This document shows, piece after piece, positions 59,053 through 64,000 of a stretch of 64,000 nucleotides of DNA. The position numbers and the translations under genes were made by a program. Each line of letters starts with the position of its first letter. Within the stretch, counting starts at the first letter, position 1. Source of the stretch: a virus. The notes below the pieces were generated by a model. The model worked only from the letters and a program-made list of their open reading frames with translations. It did not search any database and was not told the DNA's origin. The DNA lies in IMG/VR virus record IMGVR_UViG_3300042154_000876, positions 11,584-75,583 of that record; one strand, given 5' to 3'.

Positions 59053-59065
59053 AGTTAGGATTTTT

Positions 59066-59857
59066 ATGCATATACGCATTGCAACACCTATGTACGGTGG
59101 GAACTGTAAAGGCATCTACATGGACAGCGTTATCAACCTTACCTTTGAGCTTGCTCGAAAAGGTTATCAGATATCATTCTCTAAAATCTACAATGAGAGT
59201 CTTATCACAAGGGCCAGAAATAATCTGGTCAAGGAGTTTTTAGACAGTGACGCTGACTACCTCTTCTTTATCGATGCCGATGAGGGCTTTAATGTTGCAG
59301 ATGTCGTGGCAATGATTGAAATTGAGGCCGATGTTATTGGTGGGATTTATCCTATGAAAAACATTAACTGGGACGGTGTCCGTGCCGCTGCGCTGGCTGG
59401 GAAAGAAAACCTAGCTGACTACTCTGGTATTTTTGCAATGAATCTTCTTCCTGGAACATCTACCATTAAACTGAATGAGCCGGTTGAGGTTACAGAAGTT
59501 GCTACCGGTCTAATGTTGATTAAGCGAAGTGTGTTTGAAGAGATGGAGCCGCTCTGTCCTAAGTATGCTTTGAATGGTTCCAACGGTCAGTTTGACTTTG
59601 ATCGGATGGTTACCGAGTTCTTTGCTACCAGTATTACAGAGGATGGGATTTTGCTATCCGAGGACTACCACTTCTGCCGTAAATGGCGCGAGATGGGCGG
59701 TAAAGTTTATGCCGCTCCGTGGGTAAATGTGGTCCACGCCGGTGACTATCAGTTCAGTGGTCGGTTTGCTCAAGATGTCCAGCTTAGACATGAGATGTCT
59801 ACTAAAGTAAAAGATTCCGAACAGTTGTCGGATACCACTGACGACCATTCTGAGTAG
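59066..59857 (+). CDS. GT-A-like glycosyltransferase
   Basis: IATPMYGG, ESLITRARN, FFIDAD, TGLMLIKR, SEDY.FC; ATG 59066 after AGGA. Confidence 0.75.
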   Translation: MHIRIATPMYGGNCKGIYMDSVINLTFELARKGYQISFSKIYNESLITRARNNLVKEFLDSDADYLFFIDADEGFNVADVVAMIEIEADVIGGIYPMKNINWDGVRAAALAGKENLADYSGIFAMNLLPGTSTIKLNEPVEVTEVATGLMLIKRSVFEEMEPLCPKYALNGSNGQFDFDRMVTEFFATSITEDGILLSEDYHFCRKWREMGGKVYAAPWVNVVHAGDYQFSGRFAQDVQLRHEMSTKVKDSEQLSDTTDDHSE

Positions 59858-60455
59858 GCACTTGATCTCGGTTTAGTCCGTCTGCAATCTTGCGGTATGA
59901 GGCCCCGGAAGATCGTTCAGCAGTAACGCGCTGTTTGATCTCTTCTGGGGTCTTATTCTTTGGTCCCATGTCAACCCCCCAGACTACCCCGCGTGCACGT
60001 CGGTCTTTGTGTACGTCCTTCTGACGCTCGGCAATGATCCCACGTTCCATCTCAGCTAGGGCTGACATGATTGTGACTACGAAGCGACCTTGGTAACTAG
60101 AAGTGTCTAGGTTTAGATCTAGCATCACAAGACGCCAACCGTTCTTGTTGGCTCGGTCTACAACGCTAAGGAAGTCTTGTGTTGAGCGAGCTAGACGATC
60201 AATGCGGGTAACAAATAGTGCTTTAGCTTCTCCGGCATCTAATCTTTTTAGTGCGTCTGTAAGTGCTGGACGTCCGCTAATATTTTTTCCAGAGCGGCCT
60301 TCTTCTCGGACAAGTTCAATGTTTGTGTAGCCAGCCATCTCGGCTGCCTGCTGCAGTTGACGTTCTTGGACGTCAAGGGATACGCCGTCGTTTACCTGTA
60401 GTTGGGTAGATACGCGTGCGTAAAGTATTGCTAAGTCTGTAGGTTCTATGTCCAC
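59802..60455 (-). CDS. Serine recombinase (resolvase-type catalytic domain + short recombinase DNA-binding domain)
   Basis: YARVST, SG..RPAL, DRLARS, AEMER; IA..LN...PT..G..W. Confidence 0.9.
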   Translation of the reverse strand: MDIEPTDLAILYARVSTQLQVNDGVSLDVQERQLQQAAEMAGYTNIELVREEGRSGKNISGRPALTDALKRLDAGEAKALFVTRIDRLARSTQDFLSVVDRANKNGWRLVMLDLNLDTSSYQGRFVVTIMSALAEMERGIIAERQKDVHKDRRARGVVWGVDMGPKNKTPEEIKQRVTAERSSGASYRKIADGLNRDQVPTQNGRQWYPTTVRNLLL

Positions 60456-60462
60456 GTATTAA

Positions 60463-61005
60463 TTATAGGTCAGTAAGAATAGTTGTTACTGTTTGATAGA
60501 GATCCTCTACGGGCCCATAGTTCATAATGCGGTGATCAAACTTGTAGTCGTCTAGGTCGTGCTCAGAGGTGTGGTCGTTGGCAGCTTTTACCCCTGGGCG
60601 CTCTACTCTCCAAACCTCTCCGCCGACTGCTTGAACCGAGTTGGCCTCGTTTTGATATCTAACGTCAGACAATACGAAGTTAGACCCTTCGGTTACCTGC
60701 TTCAATGCCTGCTCCACCCAAAAGTTTTCGCCAAACATCTCTCGGCCAACCTCCGTGCCCATACGTTGCATGAGCCCTCGGTAGGTGGGGAAGTATGTCT
60801 TCATATCGTCCCAGCCAAATAGATTTACGGCCTGTCTAAAACCATAAACTAATCCAGTCATATCCGTAATCTCTGGGTTTAGTTTGTAGAGTGCTTCGCG
60901 CATCGGAGCAGCAAATGATAGTTTGATAAATCCGTGATGCTCGACTAGATAATCAGCAATAGTGTCTTTGCCTGAGCGCGCGTATCCGCTTAGTCCAATA
61001 ATCAC
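60463..61005 (-). CDS. Deoxynucleoside monophosphate kinase
   Basis: IIGLSGYARSGKDT, MQRMGTEVGR, DVRY.NE, H.SE. Confidence 0.88.
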   Translation of the reverse strand: MIIGLSGYARSGKDTIADYLVEHHGFIKLSFAAPMREALYKLNPEITDMTGLVYGFRQAVNLFGWDDMKTYFPTYRGLMQRMGTEVGREMFGENFWVEQALKQVTEGSNFVLSDVRYQNEANSVQAVGGEVWRVERPGVKAANDHTSEHDLDDYKFDHRIMNYGPVEDLYQTVTTILTDL

Positions 61006-61007
61006 CT

Positions 61008-61271
61008 TTAGACCTCTTCGGAGGTTTCTGCAATTCTGATTCTCTCAGTTAGGATGCCTGAGTCATAGCCGTCCTCATATCCTCGAACGTAGGCTTCCAT
61101 CTCTTCAATCGTCGCTTCCCTGACTTTGAAATCAGTTCCATAGAGGTCTTTGATTGCCTCTGTTTCTGACTTAGCTGCGACGTACGAGTACTCGTCAAAG
61201 AACTGCCCTGGGATTATGTCGGTCGATTGCTTCCAGTCAACGCGGTAAAGTTTTTGATTATTAGTTGTCAT
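61008..61271 (-). CDS. Hypothetical protein
   Basis: GYEDGY motif; AGGAA RBS. Confidence 0.65.
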   Translation of the reverse strand: MTTNNQKLYRVDWKQSTDIIPGQFFDEYSYVAAKSETEAIKDLYGTDFKVREATIEEMEAYVRGYEDGYDSGILTERIRIAETSEEV

Positions 61272-61334
61272 TATGTTCCTATCACTTTGAATAAGTCTAC
61301 ACTAAGGCCTAGCAAAAGTGCTAGAATTGGTCTA

Positions 61335-62354
61335 ATGACGAACAACAATCTTGTGCAAAAATCTGTAGCCAGTGGCGGGCAACTTAGTCCTCTTGTTATT
61401 TCTCAGGGGTTGACCGCTGGGACTGGACTTATGAATCCTTCGGTCTTTGTTACCGACGAGGATGAAATCTACGTAAACCTGCGTCACGTTAACTACACTC
61501 TCTATCATTCTGAAAATGACCAGCGATTCCCTAGTCGATGGGGTCCACTTGCTTACCTGCATCCGGAAGCGGATCAGAACCTACGTACTACTAACTACAT
61601 CTGTAAGTTAGATGAGAATCTCTCAATGGCCGACTTCGGTCTCATTGACACTTCTAAACTTGACGTTCCGCCTCTCTGGGAGTTTGCTGGGGAAGAAGAC
61701 TGCCGCCTAGTTAAGTGGGAAGGCAGATGGTACGCAATCGGAGTTCGGCGCGATACAACTACTAATGGCCAGGGTCGCATGGAACTGAGCGAGATTGAGA
61801 TCGACGAAGATGCTTGGACAGTTAAAGAAGTGTCCCGTCTACGCATTCCTGCCCCTGGAGAAGACAACTCGTACTGCGAGAAAAACTGGATGCCGATTCT
61901 TGATAAGCCTTTCCACTTTGTAAAGTGGACGTCACCGACTGAAGTTGTGCGTACTTGGCCAGAAGAGCCGGCCGGTTGTGCCCAGGTTGCTCTAGTTGAA
62001 TCTTTTGCTCCAGAAAAAGACCAGCGTGGCGGTTCTCATGTGGTTAGGTGGGGGGATTACTACATTGCTTTCACGCATGAAGTGGACCTAGAAAGAAACT
62101 ACCTAAACCAAAAGGATGGCATCTACAGGCATAGGTTGGTTGTCTGGGATCAAGACTTTAAGCTGATTGGCATGTCTCAGATGCCGCTTGTCTTTCTTGG
62201 GGGAGATATTGAGTTTGTTGCTGGCGCTGCAATCTATAAAGGCGACTTGCTTGTTAGTTTTGGATTTCAAGACAATGCCGCTTTTGTCCTAAGAATGCCA
62301 TCTAGTGTGGTTGATGACTTAGTTAGCGAGGCCTTAGAGTATGAATCCAAATAA
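61335..62354 (+). CDS. Beta-propeller glycoside hydrolase/phosphorylase-like protein
   Basis: NPSV, GEEDCRL, EKNWMP, RGGS, IEF.AG, SFG.QD; ATG 7 nt after TGCTAGAAT (leaderless). Confidence 0.65.
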   Translation: MTNNNLVQKSVASGGQLSPLVISQGLTAGTGLMNPSVFVTDEDEIYVNLRHVNYTLYHSENDQRFPSRWGPLAYLHPEADQNLRTTNYICKLDENLSMADFGLIDTSKLDVPPLWEFAGEEDCRLVKWEGRWYAIGVRRDTTTNGQGRMELSEIEIDEDAWTVKEVSRLRIPAPGEDNSYCEKNWMPILDKPFHFVKWTSPTEVVRTWPEEPAGCAQVALVESFAPEKDQRGGSHVVRWGDYYIAFTHEVDLERNYLNQKDGIYRHRLVVWDQDFKLIGMSQMPLVFLGGDIEFVAGAAIYKGDLLVSFGFQDNAAFVLRMPSSVVDDLVSEALEYESK

Positions 62355-62913
62355 AAGAATCGAATTTCTAACGGTAGAGCTATCTAAAGACTCCTACAAT
62401 CCTGAAAAAAATCTTGCTTTGGCAGTGGAGTATGAAAAGCTCGGTCAAACTGCATCTGCTGTCAGTTTCTATCTGCGTGCGGCTGAGTACGGATACAAGA
62501 CTCACATGGACTTGACGTATGCGGCTCTTGTCAAAGTCGCATCTTGTATTGATAGGCAGACGGGTCGTGGGCTTACCGTTAGCAATAGCCTACTTCAGGC
62601 CGTGGAGTATCTACCTACTCGTCCGGAAGCTTACTGGGCATTATCTGTTTTTTATGAACTTGCTGGTCAATGGCAGGAGAGCTACACGTTTGCTAGCCTT
62701 TCGCTAACGCACAACAGACAGGTGTTTGAATTGCCTGTGAGTGTCGGCTATTACGACTGGTATTCGGCAACATTCCAAAAAGCGGTTGCCGCGTGGTGGA
62801 TTGGCCGTAAGTCAGAAAGCTTGGCTGCACTTAGAAAACTTGCTGCCGACAAGGATTGCCCGGAGATTTATAGAAAAGCCTCTAAAGATAATTTAGATAG
62901 ACTAGACGTCTAG
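62341..62913 (+). CDS. TPR-like protein
   Basis: LA.EY..GQ.ASA..FYLRAAE, P.RPEAY; overlaps upstream stop. Confidence 0.7.
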   Translation: MNPNKRIEFLTVELSKDSYNPEKNLALAVEYEKLGQTASAVSFYLRAAEYGYKTHMDLTYAALVKVASCIDRQTGRGLTVSNSLLQAVEYLPTRPEAYWALSVFYELAGQWQESYTFASLSLTHNRQVFELPVSVGYYDWYSATFQKAVAAWWIGRKSESLAALRKLAADKDCPEIYRKASKDNLDRLDV

Positions 62914-62922
62914 TTAGTTTAC

Positions 62923-63999
62923 CTAATCCAGCATCTCCCAGATGGTAAAGCTAAAAGTATCTCCAGTTGAGATTGTTGCACCAGAGGATGCCGCACTAAT
63001 AGTAATATTTCCGCTAACATCTACAAAGCCACCAATTAGTGGACCAGAACCGTTTGTGAGAACCATTCCGCTTGCGGCGGTTGAGCCATACCAACCGCTT
63101 GAGAAAAATGCAATCTGTGAGTTAGTAATGTTACCTGTGGCAGGTACTGTAATGTTTGCACCAGTACGGCTAACTGTAATGATTCCATTAACCATGCCGT
63201 TTAAGCGACGGACACTGAAGCTAGTGAGCGACCAGCCAGTTGATGCGGTAAGAGGAACACCTGCAGAAGATGTAGTTATCCAACCTGAGTCATTTGCATA
63301 AATGTTGCTGGTAAAAGTTTTAGTTCCGGCAAACGTTTGTGCAGCTGTAGTCACGATTCCAGACGCTGTATTTGATGCCGAAGGAATTGCTGCTACTGAG
63401 ATAGTGGCTGATGTGCCAGTAATATTAGCAGTAGGACCAGACCCCGCTCCGGAAGTCCACGCCCAAGTGGTTGGAAAGGTGTTAGTGTCAGTATCTACCC
63501 ATGGGACGTTGACAACTGCTTGACCTGTTGCGTTTAACTGTATTCCGTATGTTCTTGATGCAGTGGAAGTGACTGCACTGGCTGCAACAGACTGTGTTGT
63601 ATCGGAAAATAGCTCAATTCCTCCTAGTGTTGTGGAGGTTGCTGTCGGAAGTGAATACGTTGCTCCAGTTGTCCCTTGTGCACCAGTAGTACCCTGAATT
63701 CCCGTACCCGTAATACCCTGAGTACCTGTAGAGCCCGTAACACCCTGAGACCCCGTCGCACCCGTGGTTCCCTGAATACCTGTAGAACCTGTAATACCTT
63801 GAGTTCCGGTGGCCCCTGTGGTGCCCTGCGCGCCGGTTGCTCCCGTGGTTCCTTGGGCACCAGTGGTTCCCGTGGTTCCCTGTATGCCTGTGGCACCTTG
63901 AATACCTGTAGAGCCAGTCGTTCCTTGCGCACCTACTGAACCTTGAATACCAGTAGCACCTGTTGAGCCCTGAATACCGGTCGAACCAGTAATACCTTG
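62923..63999 (-). CDS. Collagen-like fibre protein, C-terminal part (start beyond window)
   Basis: Frame open to window end; G-X-T/G-X-Q triplets, then [19 protein letters not shown] and fibre-tip-like domain. Confidence 0.85.
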   Translation of the reverse strand, partial: QGITGSTGIQGSTGATGIQGSVGAQGTTGSTGIQGATGIQGTTGTTGAQGTTGATGAQGTTGATGTQGITGSTGIQGTTGATGSQGVTGSTGTQGITGTGIQGTTGAQGTTGATYSLPTATSTTLGGIELFSDTTQSVAASAVTSTASRTYGIQLNATGQAVVNVPWVDTDTNTFPTTWAWTSGAGSGPTANITGTSATISVAAIPSASNTASGIVTTAAQTFAGTKTFTSNIYANDSGWITTSSAGVPLTASTGWSLTSFSVRRLNGMVNGIITVSRTGANITVPATGNITNSQIAFFSSGWYGSTAASGMVLTNGSGPLIGGFVDVSGNITISAASSGATISTGDTFSFTIWEMLD

Positions 64000-64000
64000 T
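63662..64000 (-). repeat. Collagen-like (G-X-T/Q)n repeat
   Basis: [20 protein letters not shown]..., no Pro, one GT-G interruption. Confidence 0.9.

Larger units (their letters stand above)
1..64000. mobile_element. Segment of a large tailed actinobacteriophage genome (siphovirus-like)
   Basis: Contiguous head-tail gene order, phage replication module, WhiB, dense coding, no host housekeeping operons; terminase, portal and lysin not seen in window. Confidence 0.95.

Noticed and set aside
58985-59065. N-terminal extension of the GT gene
   Set aside because: Runs through the hairpin/terminator element; RBS and family-like start at 59066
63624-63939. Alternative repeat ORFs at 63624-63932 and 63676-63939
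   Set aside because: Off-frame or antisense readings of the collagen repeat
1-64000. tRNA genes, att sites, stop-codon reassignment, diversity-generating retroelement
   Set aside because: No cloverleaf, att repeat or reverse transcriptase seen; genes are intact under the standard code and end in TAA or TAG

Overview
The whole 64 kb window reads as part of a large tailed phage genome (siphovirus-like tail, no sheath gene) of an Actinobacterium. The host inference rests on WhiB, a cluster-B/Rosebush-like head and tail module, and a leaderless-type promoter. Plus strand 1-42.7 kb: two giant multi-enzyme 'polyvalent' proteins (UvrD-like helicase + DnaG-type primase; then a ~4258-aa protein with SH3/KOW-like repeats, DEDDh exonuclease, two HExxH peptidases, GNAT, ParB and Pif1/RecD helicase), a 1500-aa head maturation protein with two protease-like domains, capsid, tail tube, connectors, chaperones, tape measure, baseplate and fibre. 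Minus strand 42.8-52 kb: replication/recombination genes (SSB, Sak4, Cas4-like nuclease, SNF2 helicase, RuvC-like resolvase, PolA). 52-64 kb: WhiB, sugar/nucleotide enzymes, Prim-Pol/D5 helicase, serine recombinase, dNMP kinase and a collagen-like fibre. Best candidate for an undescribed system: giant enzyme polyproteins encoded in the head module whose domains are separated by a recurring VEE-x-[SA]-[ST] linker. The head protease and capsid proteins carry a second, assemblin-like [VLIM]-[TVA]-A-[AS] motif and share a Q-x-R-[DN]..G-x-F tag with the giant protein. This suggests a virion-packaged, proteolytically released enzyme payload. A ~65-nt two-hairpin kissing-loop RNA candidate lies at 58988-59052. 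All calls are from motif recognition by eye; no searches were run.
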